Origin: Octopus vulgaris
Taxonomy: Eukaryota
Assembly: GCA_951406725.2 (NCBI GenBank)
Contig: OX597821.1
Coordinates: 6,324,001 to 6,388,000, forward strand
DNA length: 64,000 nt
Direction: 5' to 3'
Positions 1 to 12,079 of the stretch are shown here, in pieces (within the stretch, counting starts at the first letter, position 1; every line of letters starts with the position of its first letter). A model generated the notes under the pieces. It made no database searches, was not told the DNA's origin, and saw only the letters and a program-made list of their open reading frames with translations. The translations under genes and the position numbers were made by a program.

Positions 1-2
1 AA

Positions 3-221
3 GGTGTCGATTATAACATACAATGGAAGATTTTGGCCAGATGTAAGCCCTATACTAACGGCAGCGGAAGGTGCGGTTTATGCGACATGGAGAGATGGCT
101 TATCTGGAAAAGCAGCTTAGACCCTACCACATGTCTAAATACAAGGACAGAACTTTTCGGATCATGCCCACATGTGACTAAATTTCTGTTACGTTTTTGG
201 TCCCCTAAAGAAAACGGATAG
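3..221 (+). CDS. C-terminal end of a Penelope-like element ORF (GIY-YIG endonuclease C-terminus), cut by window edge
   Basis: Open frame from nt 3: GVDYNIQWKILARCKPYTNGSGRCGLCDMERWLIWKSSLDPTTCLNTRTELFGSCPHVTKFLL..., matching the W.IL...PY...CxLCxxE...LNxRxE...CxH.kF signature of PLE C-termini; hammerhead motif downstream. Confidence 0.75.
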   Translation, partial: GVDYNIQWKILARCKPYTNGSGRCGLCDMERWLIWKSSLDPTTCLNTRTELFGSCPHVTKFLLRFWSPKENG

Positions 222-415
222 AACATGCTTTCTGTGTTATGTCCCAAGAAGATTTTATATATTTTTATATATTTTTATATATTTTTATGTATTTTTATAT
301 AATTTTTATGACGAAAAATGCGAGCGATGTATAAGTACGCAGGCAAAGCAGAGTTATAACAGAGTAATTTCCCTTCATTTTTAACGGTATTTTTTCATAA
401 CGTTTTCAAATAGCC

Positions 416-478
416 AGATAACCGAAGAGATGGTGTTGTGGATTTCCACTTCGGCATCTGAAACTCAGAGTTTTATCT
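416..478 (+). ncRNA. Type I minimal hammerhead ribozyme-like motif (variant core)
   Basis: Stem I agataa/ttatct; core CCGAAGA; stem II gatg...gtgga-tt-tccac...catc; GAAA; near-palindromic stem III actc-a-gagt; GUU cleavage triplet. Confidence 0.55.
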
Positions 479-534
479 TGACTACCGAGTAATGTAACAT
501 ATTGTATAGATATATATATATATATATATATAAA

Positions 535-910
535 ATTTATGAATAACTGAAAGAATGGAGTTGAACGACAAATTAACAAATTTCCTTTATTTTCGACATA
601 TGTTTCGAAGGCTGCATATTCCTAATTGTGAAAGAATAAGGAGTACATTATGCCGCTTTCTCATCAGGAAAAACAAGGAATTTATGTCAACATCAAGATT
701 CACAAAAACTTTTAGATGACTGCTCTCCCGGAGTGCATAGCGATAATGTATTCATAAATTTTATAAAAATACACACAAATTTCCACCCGAAAACACGTAG
801 TCTCTGCCCTAGGCACGTAACTTCAACCGTGCTATTTCTGATGTGAATTTGCTACCCAGGTATCGGTTAAACGAATTATCCATAAAAAGATATTTCATTT
901 TTCTACTCAA
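535..910 (-). mobile_element. Second, different PLE-derived non-coding 3' fragment, tail-to-tail with the first
   Basis: Carries a canonical hammerhead on the minus strand; flanked by (TA)n on both sides. Confidence 0.55.
581..680 (-). ncRNA. Type I hammerhead ribozyme (canonical core)
   Basis: Minus strand: ttttc-CTGATGA-gaaagcggcata...tatgcagccttc-GAAA-catatg-TC-gaaaa; palindromic stem III (acatatgt), GUC triplet, stem I extendable by ttcctt/aaggaa. Confidence 0.75.
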
Positions 911-931
911 ATATATATATATATATATATT

Positions 932-1132
932 CTTTCATTCTTTTACCTGTTTCAGTCATTAGACTGTGGCCATGCTGGGGCACTGCCTTGAATTTTTAGT
1001 CAAATGAATTGTTCTCAGGACTTATGTTTCTGTTTTTTAAGCTTGATACTTATACTATTGATCATTTTTACCAAAACACTAAGTTACAGGGGCATGAGCT
1101 CACCAGCACCAGTTATCAAGCAGTGGTGGGGG

Positions 1133-1164
<32 letters not shown>

Positions 1165-1372
1165 CACACACACACACACACAGACACACACACACACACA
1201 CACATCACACACTATGATAAGCTTCTTTCAGTTTCCATCCACCAAATCCACTTACAAGGCTTTGGTCAGACCAAGGCTATAGTAGAAGACACTTGCCCAA
1301 GGTGCTACACAGTGGGACTGAACCTGGAACCATCTGGTTGCGAAGCAAGCTTCTTACCACATAGCCACACCT
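932..1372 (-). mobile_element. tRNA-derived SINE family A (CORE-like segment, internal CA/TA microsatellite)
   Basis: Reverse complement of 13273-13652 type: head ggctgtgtggtaag...gttcagtcccac, ccttgggcaagtgtctt, tail actgaaacaagtaaaaga. Confidence 0.85.
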
Positions 1373-1892
1373 GGCTCTTTTCCCTGTTTCACTGTACCAA
1401 ATTTCACACGTGAAGCATTGATCTGCTTGCAGCTATACTAGAAGACTTACAGCCAACAAAGTCCACATAGTGGGAATGAACCCTGAACCCCATGGTTCTG
1501 TAGCAAAGTACTTGAGCACAAAGTCATACCTGCAGCCAAATATATCTTAGATATATTATCAAATAAAACAAATGGTTTAGTTTTCTATGTTGTAAGATTT
1601 GGTTAAGATCCTTGTCATAACAAAGCTTGTGTTTCTGATGAGGGTAGGTCATGTCTGCTGGTGCCATATTGAAATGCATCCAGTACACTCTAAAGACTGC
1701 TTAGTATTTGAAGGGCATTTAGTTAAAGTAACCATGGCAATAAAAAAAAAAGAAAAAAGAGAAACGGGAAGTATGAGTGAGATGTGGTCTCCAACCTGTC
1801 TAGACCTGTTAGTAACTCTGAATATAAAACTGACTTGGTTCATGATGACCCATCCAGTCTATTACCAGCATGGAAAAAGCTGAGGTAAAAAG

Positions 1893-2079
1893 ATGATGGT
1901 GACGGTGATGATGGTGGTGGTGGTGATGATGATGATGAAGATGGTGGTGGTGGTGTTGGTGTTGGTGCTGGTGATGATGATGATGATGAAGATGATGATG
2001 ATGATGGTGGTGGTGATGATGATGATGAAGATGGTGGTGGTGGTGGTGGTGCTGCTGCTGCTGCTGCTGCTGATGATGG

Positions 2080-2110
<31 letters not shown>

Positions 2111-2640
2111 GATGATGATGATGATGAAGATGATGATGATGATGGTGGTGGTGGTGATGATGATGATGAAGATGGTGGTGGTGGTGGTGGTGGTGGTGGT
2201 GGTGCTGCTGCTGCTGCTGCTGTTGGTGGTGGTGATGATGGTGGTGGTGGTGCTGCTGCTGCTGATGGTGGTGGTGATGATGATGATGGTGGTGGTGGTG
2301 TTGGTGTTGGTGCTGGTGATGATGATGATGATGAAGGTGATGATGATGATGGTGGTGGTGGTGATGATGATGATGAAGATGGTGGTGGTGGTGATGATGA
2401 TGATGAAGATGGTGGTGGTGGTGTTGGTGTTGGTGCTGCTGCTGCTGCTGATGATGAAGATGATGATGATGATGGTGGTGGTGGTGGCGGTGGTGGTGGT
2501 GGTGCTGCTGCTGCTGCTGCTGCTGATGGTGGTGATGATGTTGAAGATGGTGGTGGTGGTGGTGTTGTTGGTACTGGTGATGATGATGATGATGGTGGTG
2601 GTAGTGACGATGATGATGATGATGATGATGATGATGAAAA
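1893..2640 (+). repeat. Compound triplet array (ATG/GTG/CTG/AAG)
   Basis: About 750 bp of in-register triplets, starting directly after an RTE-type tail (ccagcatggaaaaagctgaggtaaaaa). Confidence 0.95.
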
Positions 2641-3317
2641 TGAGATAATTTACATGATTTCTGTATTATTCTTGAATCTCAATAAAATGTCAAAGTAGGA
2701 AAATTTCAGATTACAGAAACCAGATATTTTATGTCAGATAAATGATTATTTCAGTGTGTTATAAATTCATTTATTTATATATTTATATATATATTTATTT
2801 ATTTATCTATTTATTTATTTATTTATCAATCTATGTTATCTTACTAAATTGACTAAATACTAAATACACAACTTTTTTACTCTGTATAAAATCAGTAAGT
2901 TGACAAGTTTTGTTGTAAATTTCTTTAAAATGAAAAAAGAATAAAAATGAATAAAAATAATGACAACAACAGTAACTAAAACAACTACAAGAACAATTAG
3001 AAAACAAACATATAACAGGCTTATCTGTGGCTGCGAAGAAGGCGGTGGTAGAGTAAAAACAAATTTCCTGTATTTTTTATAAAGTATCATCAACTTGTTT
3101 CTATAGATTTTTTAAAAAGAAGACTAAGAAATGGAACAAGCTGTCAATAAGCAAGATAGCAGTTCACTGTTTGAGTTGATGGTTTGAATTTTAATGTAGC
3201 CATGGAATCGAAGGTAGCTGCTGAGAGGTGAAGTATTAGAGTCCCAAGCTCTTGTAGCCACAGGCATGTCTGTGTGGTTAAGATGTTTGCACATTTGCTG
3301 GTCAGCTACATGGTTTT

Positions 3318-3702
3318 GTGGAGGCGCAATGGTCCAGTGGTTAGGGCACCGGACTCGCGGTCATAGGATCGCGGTTTCGATTCCCAGACCGGGCGTTGTG
3401 AGTGTTTATTGAGCGAAAAACACCTAAAGCTCCACGAGGCTCTGGCAGGAGATGGTGGTGATCCCTGCTATACTCTTTGACCACAACTTTCTCTCACTCT
3501 TACTGCCTGTTTCTGTTGTACCTGTATTTCAAAGGGCCGGCCTTGTCACTCTCTGTGTCACGCTGAATATCTCCGAGAACTACATTAAGGGTACACATGT
3601 CTGTGGAGTGCTCAGCCACTTACACATTAATTTCACGAGCAGGCTGTTACGTTGATTCGGATCAACCGGAACCCTCGTCGTCGTAACCGACGGAGTGCTT
3701 CC
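3318..3702 (+). mobile_element. tRNA-derived SINE family B (OR-like), full length with target-site duplication
   Basis: A/B-box head ggaggcgcaatggtccagtggttagggc...ggtttcgattccc; 10-bp direct repeat acatggtttt at 3308-3317 and 3703-3712; homologous copy at 19823-20202. Confidence 0.85.
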
Positions 3703-3807
3703 ACATGGTTTTAGATTTGGAACTGACTCATAGGACTCTCAGTCTGAATTACAGGTTGATAGATGAGACACAAATAATAATAATTGTGGTAATAATAATA
3801 ATGATAA

Positions 3808-4019
3808 TCCTTTCTACTGTGGGTACAAGGTCTGAAATTTGGGGGAGGGAGGATAATCGATTAGATCAACCCCAGTGTTTCGCTGTTACTTATTTTACTG
3901 ACCCTGAAAAGATAAAAGGCAAAGTTGACCTCGGTGGAATTTGAACACATAATGTAAAGACATGAAAAGCTGCTAAGCATTTTGCCCAGTGTGCTAACAA
4001 TTCTGCCAGCTTGCTGCCT

Positions 4020-4020
<1 letters not shown>
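3808..4020 (-). mobile_element. SINE family C (Meta-domain-like, ATT tail)
   Basis: Reverse complement of 12080-12292. Confidence 0.75.
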
Positions 4021-4054
<34 letters not shown>

Positions 4055-4075
4055 ATAATAATAATAATAATAATA

Positions 4076-4540
4076 AAAAGAGAGGCTACAGCAAATATTC
4101 TGCTCAATACCACAGATTTGCTTGTCAGTTGTTTGACCTTAACCAGTTGAGCATGTCCCTTAGTGGCTGATGATATGTGCATCACCAATCACGAGCAGAA
4201 ATAGTAGGGGAGCATCATAGCCATGTGTTGAGAGGGATTCTTTGGGGTTTGAATAATTCACCTCTGGAAACATGGGTGGTTCTTTCAATATCCTTAAACA
4301 ACCCTTACTCAGGGACCTTTTGAGCAGGATGGGTTACTCGACCAGAAGAAAATTCTAACTAGGCCCCACCTACAAGGTCATGTGGTGTTTATCTTGATAT
4401 GAGATCACCATGTCGCGCACATATGGTTGTGATGCATGTGCCTGGTGTACCCTTATCAGACGGGTAGTCATGATGGGTATACTGGGCTTCGTATATTTTA
4501 CCCCAGTGTCACTTTGATGGCATGCACTGCTCTCTCACTC
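4076..4540 (+). mobile_element. Non-coding interspersed repeat family D, embedded in (TAA)n
   Basis: Homologous to 12407-12885 (opposite strand); TAA repeats on both sides. Confidence 0.75.
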
Positions 4541-4635
4541 AATAATAATAATAATAATAATAATAACAATAACAATAATAATGATAATAATAACAACAAC
4601 AACAATAACAACAGCAGCAGCAATAATAATAATCT

Positions 4636-4867
4636 TTTATCTTTTGTCTTTTACATGTTTCAGTCATTAGACTACGGACATGATGGGGCACCAACTAGGA
4701 GAATTTTTAGTCGAATGAATTGACCCCAGTGCTTTTGTTCTTTTTATAAGCCTGATACTTATTCCATTGATCTCTTTTACCAACCTGCTAAGTTACAGGG
4801 ACTTAAATACACCAACACTAGTTGTTAAGTGGTGCTGGGGACAAATTCTGACGCACGCGCGTGCACG

Positions 4868-4901
<34 letters not shown>

Positions 4902-5096
4902 ACATACATACACATGCTCACACACACATATACATGCATATGATGGGCTTCTTTCAGTTTCTGTTTATCAAATGCACTCATAAAGCTTTGATTGGCCTGA
5001 GGCTATAGTAGAAGACACTTGTCCAAGGTGCTATGCAGTAGGGCTGAACCTGGAACCATGTGGTTGGGAAAAAAGCTTCTTACCACACAGCCACAC
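4636..5096 (-). mobile_element. SINE family A
   Basis: Full-length homology to the other family A copies. Confidence 0.85.
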
Positions 5097-5199
5097 CTTC
5101 ATCTTATAATAAAAATACTAAAATAATAATTCTTTTATTAGCCACAAGGGCCTACAAGAACCAGCAATCCCATATAGAGAGAAATTTAAGAACAGTTTG

Positions 5200-5595
5200 T
5201 TGACAGCATACAGCTGCAACCAGTTTTGTTTGTTTGGGTGACCTTGTGGGGGGACATGCTAATAATATATATCTTCTGCTAAGCCTGTTGTCAACTTGGT
5301 CCTCTGTATAAACATATGTCACTGGAAACAATACTGGAGCTGGGCAACACCTTGCATCATGGTCTCAGATTGATGAAAGCTATTCAAGGATATGTGAACG
5401 AAAGAGTATACTTGCTAATCATGATATAAATGTTATCTCTTTTTGCTCATTTGAAAAGAACCATATTACACATAATATTAAATGTCATGATTCTGCTCAG
5501 TATTTAACAGGGAAGAGACATTTATGTGAAAGCTGTGGTAAAAGCTGTAGATCATCAGCTGGACTCAAAACTCATCTTTGTTTTCCAGTTTATTA
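5200..5595 (+). mobile_element. Degenerate RTE-type LINE ORF C-terminus with C2H2-like zinc finger
   Basis: Translates ...GNNTGAGQHLASW...KRHLCESCGKSCRSSAGLKTHL, resembling RTE G.R..G.Q..RW and the terminal CxxC...GLxxH finger; has stops. Confidence 0.5.
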
Positions 5596-5932
5596 ACAAG
5601 CAAAGATCAAATTTCACTATTAGCTCCACTTAAGTAGCTGTGACACATATTAAGGTCTTGTAAATTGGCAGTTTAATGCACGAAAGCCAACAAAATAAAA
5701 TATTAACTGACCATGATGCATTTCTTCCTCCAGTTGTAGAGAGGTTATACACCTTCAGCCATTTGAGTCTGACGAGTCACCTATACTGCTAAATGCTTCA
5801 TGAGTGCAAAACTAGTGGTCACTCTGTGACCAGCCATAACGTTTAACTTTCTGAAAAATATATATTACTGCTCCAATTTTTTTTAGAGTGTGCTTCTCTT
5901 TCAGACATATAAACTATTGATGATATACACCC

Positions 5933-6096
5933 TCTACACTCTTGGAGTGGTTGGCATTAGGAAGGGCATCCAGCTGTAGAAACATTGGCAGATCAGATTG
6001 GAGCCTGGTGCAGCAGCTGGCTCTCCAGACCTCAGTCAAACTCTCCAACCCATGCCAGCATGGAAAAACAGACGTTAAACGATGATGATGATGATG
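5933..6096 (+). mobile_element. RTE-type retroposon 3' tail (family E) ending in (GAT)n
   Basis: gagtggttggcattaggaagggcatccagctgt...catgccagcatggaaaa...gacgttaaacgatgatgatg; many copies in window. Confidence 0.8.
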
Positions 6097-6650
6097 TTAC
6101 ACACACACACACACACACATTATTTAAAACAATTTGATTTGGCCCCATGTAACTTAGGCATGTCACTGAAAGTTAGCTCTTTCTTTTGTTTGTCCACTCA
6201 ATTTTATATATATGTGTGTGTGTGTGTGTGTGTATGCACACACTTGTACTTACATATACATGTCATGTTCCTGTACAGTTCTCACCTACTAAGTATCACT
6301 AACGAGGTATTGGCTAACTTGAGGCTATACTAGAAAACACAAGTCCAAATAGCCATGCTGTGGGATTGAACCTGGAACTTCATGGTTGCAAACTGAATGT
6401 CTCAACCAACACAGTCATGTCTGCATCTGCTCTTAAATCTATTCTGACCTAGCAAGAGACAGCTGTGTATGATCAGTTCACCCAGTTAGTCTTTCCATCC
6501 ATCCGTCCATCAGCCAGTCAGTGAGGTAGTTATTTCACATTTGTCTACTTCTCAAGCTCTCCTTCCTTAAGTTTTATTTTCTTCTCTAGAGATGCTATTA
6601 TAAGAAACCCTACCTACTTTCCTTACCAAATTTTATTTTTTTCCTTCCAG

Positions 6651-6676
6651 CTTGTATCAGATTCCATACACCTAAG
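6651..6676 (+). CDS. Candidate 26-nt exon of an unidentified host gene
   Basis: Acceptor ttttattttttccttccag, donor AAG|gtaatc; open as LVSDSIHL(R). Confidence 0.3.
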
Positions 6677-6884
6677 GTAATCTTGGTTAACGTTGAGGAT
6701 AGAGGAAAATTTTAAAAATAAAAATAAAAACTGAATATAGAGCAGCAATCAGAACAACAACAATATTACTGATAAAGAATGTGTTTTCTTTTATGAAGAT
6801 CAATACGTGAAAAATTTACTGTTCCAACTTTCTGATTGATTTTGTATTGATTATACAGTGACTTACAACGAAATTGAGTCAGAC

Positions 6885-7484
6885 ATTTACACACACACAG
6901 TCTTGTGTCTGCACACATGCACGCACACACAAACACACACACAATTGCGCATGCGCACACACACAATTGCGCACGCAGACACTCACAAACTCTGATGCAC
7001 TTTATCTCTGTACATACACTCACACATACATCCACACATGCAGATGCTCAGGCACATACACTCACACACTCATACAACCTTACACACCCTCATACACATG
7101 CATGGAAGACACACTCATTCACTCATACAACCAACCACTCTCATATACTGTTAAACTCCCACACATACACATACACGCATATACAAATATGCATTCATAT
7201 ATACATCCACCCACACCAGTACATACTCACTGACCTACAGTCAGTCATATGCACAAGCATACACACACACATACACACATGCACACAAAGAAGTACGCAT
7301 ACACTCACATATACACACACACATACATGCAAACACAAACACACATACACACACATACACAGAAGTATGTGCACACACACACGCACGTACACAGAAGTAC
7401 AAGTACAAACACACACATACAGAGAAGCACATGTGCACACATACACACTCACACACCCACACAGAAGCACACACACATGCACAT

Positions 7485-7517
<33 letters not shown>

Positions 7518-7562
7518 CAAAAGCCTGCACACATATATACATACCCATACACTCATACACAG

Positions 7563-7605
<43 letters not shown>

Positions 7606-7650
7606 ATGCACATACACACCCACACACACACACACACACACACACATGTA
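6885..7650. repeat. Degenerate (CA)n-rich array
   Basis: Source of the HT/VC-rich spurious ORFs. Confidence 0.9.
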
Positions 7651-8116
7651 CAAACTGAAACTTTATTGGAAAACTAGTTTAATGTAAAAGATATTCTTTG
7701 ATCTAAAACACCGAAATCAAAATTTGTAGGAAATGAATTTCACTTGCAATCAAATTATACAATTAAATAATTTATTATTCATTTATTTGGGGTAGTATAT
7801 AGAAGAGATTTTTTTTTTGTTTAAAAAAAAAAATCTTAATTACTTTATTTTAAAATTCTATAGTTCAAAGAGAAAAAATTTGCGGAAATGCAACACTAAT
7901 AAATTATATGACTGTATGTATTATGTGTTTATGTTTGTATGTTTTTCTTTGAGATTGGCATTCAAGATGATCGCTAACAAAGTGACAAGACTTTCTGAGT
8001 CAAGGCAGTTCCTGGAGTTTTTAAATGTGTGCTTGTGCTGCTGCTGTGTGCATACATATAGGTATATATACCTGCATTTATGTTCTGTGTGAACATGTCT
8101 CTTTAGAACATAAGTG

Positions 8117-8164
<48 letters not shown>

Positions 8165-8892
8165 CATCATTACTTTTTACATATTTCTTTGTATGTATGT
8201 ATGTATGAGTACGTGCATGTGTATGTATGATCATAACATCACCATTATGTTATATTTGTTTTTCTATACTTGTATGGGTTGGATGAGTCTTCACCCACAC
8301 AGCACGTCTCTACTTGTCAAGGTCACTTGTCAAGGTCCTTCATGAAATTCAATATCCCGAGAACAGCTTTCACCACTTCCACTTATCTCTTCTCTGGTTT
8401 TCTTCTTCTACTGCTTCCTTCCCTCTTACGATTCTGATTTTATGTTTTCTCTTATTAAACATAATACAACAGTATTAAAGGATTAAAGCAGGGGATTAGC
8501 AGAATCATTAAGGAATCAAACAAAACTCCTTGTAGTATTTATTCCAGCTTTTTGCATTCTGAGTTCAAATCTTGTCACTGGTATAGCTAGAGTGTATGCC
8601 TTCTGGGACAGCCCTTGAGTTTGTCCCTCCCCCTTTTTTTAAGTCTCTCACACCATATGTATATATACATACATGCATACATACATACATGCATACATAC
8701 ATGCATACATGCATACATACATACACACACACATATATATATATAAATTCAATTGAGGTTAAAATAGCCTCACTAAGGGATGGTATCATCCAATGAATTC
8801 CTGGTTCAATACCTAATATTTGTTGTTAATAATAATATTCATAAAACAATGTTTATATATAAATCATGGTTTATAATCATTCAAAAGAAAGT

Positions 8893-9214
8893 AAGTAAAT
8901 GGAGATATAGTATATAATAAAAATTTATTATCTGCAAAAATCAAACATAGTCCATTACAGTTGTTTCAATTAAGCCCAAACGTTTAAATAGCAATTAATA
9001 AGATCATTATATTTGGCAAAATCTCTTCAGAGGGGTAGAAAAAAGATATATAGTTAGGTTATTTTCTACATCTCTGAAAAGATTTTGCCAAATATAGCGA
9101 TTTTTAATAATTGCTATTTAATCTTTTAGGCTTAATTGAAACAGCTGTAAGGGACTCTGTTTGATTTTTGCATTTAATAAATTTTTTTATTAAATGCTAT
9201 ATCACCAATTTCTT
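8893..9214. repeat. Long imperfect palindrome (foldback/MITE-like)
   Basis: About 150-bp arms, e.g. gcaaaaatcaaacatagtcc/gggactctgtttgatttttgc and tatatttggcaaaatct/agattttgccaaatata, with about 20-nt spacer. Confidence 0.85.
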
Positions 9215-9261
9215 AGATTTATATGTGTGTGCATGTGCATGTGTGTGTATGAATTTATGTG

Positions 9262-9329
<68 letters not shown>

Positions 9330-9771
9330 TATATCTATGTGTTCCTTTGTGTTTGTCCCACATCACCACTTGACAACTGGTGTTGGTCACTTTGTGTTCA
9401 AGTAACTTAGCAGTTCAGCAAAAGCTTTTAATAGAATAAATACTAGTTAAAAAATAAGTACTGACAAAAAACCCTTTTTCTTTAAAATGGTGCTCTATCA
9501 TGGCTACAGTCCAATGACTAAAATAAGTAAGAGAGAAGAGATAAGATATATATATATATATATATATATATAAATGTCTTATAACACTATATACAAAAAC
9601 AGCGAAACCAACAATCCAACACACCTCCATCATCAGCTGACCCACAGATATCATTATGGTTTCGACACCTGGGCAGTACCATTCAATCTGGTGGTGTCAA
9701 CAGCACTAAAATAACTGTTGTTTGGAAACAAACATACCAAAGAAACCACAACTTTCAAACACACTTACTCT

Positions 9772-9824
<53 letters not shown>

Positions 9825-10762
9825 CACACATATACATAAACACATACCTGTCTCCTCACCTTATGATCGAGTTTCGTTCTGACTGACAGGTGATAAGTTG
9901 ATCTGATTGTATGTTGGATTAATATTTTTTTTAACAGTATTTTCTTTCAAACAGATTAGAAAAATATAAATCAAAAAAGTTTAATTCATAATTATTGTAT
10001 ATAATGTGAAAAATGTGTAATATGTACTCTGCTGTACTGTAAACAAAAATATCTAATATTAATGTAAAGATTAATACAAATGAAATTGTGTATGCATGCA
10101 ATAAAAAAATTGTTCCCGTGAAAAAAATGCAATTGAAAATAAATGTTTGATCTTCACAGTCATGTTTTTGGGTTGAGATGGTTATTCAAGGAAGATGGTG
10201 GGCATTGTGTGAATAGTTTTTTTCATCATATATCTTATGATAACAACACAGCATCTTGAATACGATGTTCAACCTTTGCAAAGTTTTCAACTTTTTGTGG
10301 TTGTATGTCAAGGAGAAGGTGTACTCATGCATGTATGCATGCGTGCGCATGCACACACACACACAGTTAGTTTCTGCAATTTTCATTGGTCAAATTTTAC
10401 TCTCAAGGAATTGGTCGATGAAAGGGCATATCGTAAAATCACTTGTTTCTAGTGCCACATTGTTAAATGGAACTCATAACTATGGAGTTAGCAAAATGTT
10501 TAGCAACATAATCACATGTGTATGTTTGTGTCTTTCCTTTGACTCTCATAATGAGAAATAAAATCAGCCACACCAGTGATTTTTTCCTTTTTTTTTTTTT
10601 TTCCATATCTTTGCTATTTAGTTTCAGAATGGGATTTTCAGAATTACGGCATTTCTGAGTGACAATTTCTTAGATCAGGAATTTACATATTAAGTTGAAA
10701 TTTATAGAAAACCAAAAGACAAAGACAGGTGTATGAACAATAAGCAGGTGTATTAGTTTGTT

Positions 10763-11175
10763 ATTCTTTCTTTTATTCTTTTCTTTTTATTCTTTTACTT
10801 GTTTCAGTCATTTGACTGCGGCCATGCTGGAGCACCGCCTTTAGTCGAGCAAATCGACCCCGGGACTTATTCTTTTTAAGCCCAGTACTTATTCTGTTGG
10901 TCTCTTTTGCCGAACCGCTAAGTGACGGGGACGTAAACACACCAGCATCGGTTTTCAAGCAATGCTAGGGGGACAAACACAGACATACACACACACATAT
11001 ATATACATACATATATACGACAGGCTTCTTTCAGTTTCCGTTTACCAAATCCGCTCACAAGGCATTGATTGGCCCGGGGCTATAGCAGAAGACACTTGCC
11101 CAAGATGCCACGCAGTGGGACTGAACCCGGAACCATGTGGTTGGTTAGCAAGCTACTCACCACACAGCCACTCCT
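10763..11175 (-). mobile_element. SINE family A, young copy
   Basis: CpG-rich, close to other copies; interrupts an older element (10709-10760 continues at 11176-11275). Confidence 0.9.
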
Positions 11176-11486
11176 GTTGCTCGGGAAAAATGAAAAAAGT
11201 CTTTTAAGTTTTGAACCTCTACTCTTCGACAGAAAGGAATAGAGAAAATAAACAAAGAGAGAATGAAAAGAAATGTAGAGTTCAGCGATCCAATATGATG
11301 AATGTCTGTGTGTAGCACGTAAACCTGTATGGAGCACATTAACTATACTTGCCTGACTTGAACTACTTGCAAAATAGACCAATGAATAAACGAATAAATA
11401 AACAAATTGATGAATAAATAAAACTTATTGTCATTTTTGTTTCATGTTTCACTGATGCCTGTCTTTGTTTCTCTCTCTGTCTTTAG

Positions 11487-11524
11487 AATGGAAAGGGCTT
11501 CCAGCTGTGAAACCTATGATTTAG
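11487..11524 (+). CDS. Candidate 38-nt exon
   Basis: Acceptor ctttgtttctctctctgtctttag, donor TAG|gtagtt; phase 2 to 1 reading (R)MERASSCETYDL; partly resembles the family E motif aagggcatccagctgt. Confidence 0.25.
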
Positions 11525-12079
11525 GTAGTTATGCAATGTTATAAGTAGTTGAATCATAATAATGTTGATAATGTCAATGATGATGATGATAATGATGGTG
11601 ATGATGATGTTACTGGATATAGTGGAGGTGGTGTTGATGGAGTGGTAGTAACTAATAGAGTTGTTTGAATTTAGCCATATAATTCTTCAGCATTTAAATT
11701 ATTGATGATTTGACTCTTATTCCTGGAAGAATTTATGTGGGTAACGAGCTACTACCTGTAACCTTAGGTATCCACAAAGTTTCAATATTCTTTCGAGTGC
11801 TTATAAACACTCCTGATAATCTTTCCTATCCCTAAGAAGCTCTACAGTCACTCTGTAGAAGCTCTACAGTCACTCTATTTCAATTGCTTTCAATCATTTA
11901 TTTATATCATTACTCAGTTTCCAGTTCACCAATTATTACAGGCAAAGGGATTGCATTTTTTGTCTTTCATCTTCTTTCTTTGCAAACTTGAAGTCAAACA
12001 GACATGATGGATCAATTACTAAACAAATTCACTTTACTTTGTCTATTGTTGATATGTTTGGTTTATTATTTTCTAGCTT

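Larger units (their letters stand above)
1..508 (+). mobile_element. Penelope-like retroelement 3' end (ORF end plus 3' region with hammerhead)
   Basis: PLE-like ORF end, hammerhead-like motif at 416-478, ends at a (TA)n tract. Confidence 0.7.

Noticed and set aside
222-415. Possible SECIS element downstream of the PLE ORF (some Naiad PLEs encode selenoproteins)
   Set aside because: ATGA near 308 has no convincing stem or GA partner, and no in-frame TGA is visible
3107-3181. Exon candidate after ttgtttctatag
   Set aside because: Weak donor; two frames have internal stops and the third reaches TGA just before the donor
3318-3400. tRNA gene-like sequence
   Set aside because: It is a SINE head that continues into the SINE body and has a TSD
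5515-5585. Host C2H2 zinc-finger gene
   Set aside because: Single incomplete finger in a decayed RTE-like frame, no linker or tandem fingers
9650-9710. Hammerhead-like CTGTTGA...GAAA on the minus strand
   Set aside because: Core mutated, stem II register off, stems I and III do not form
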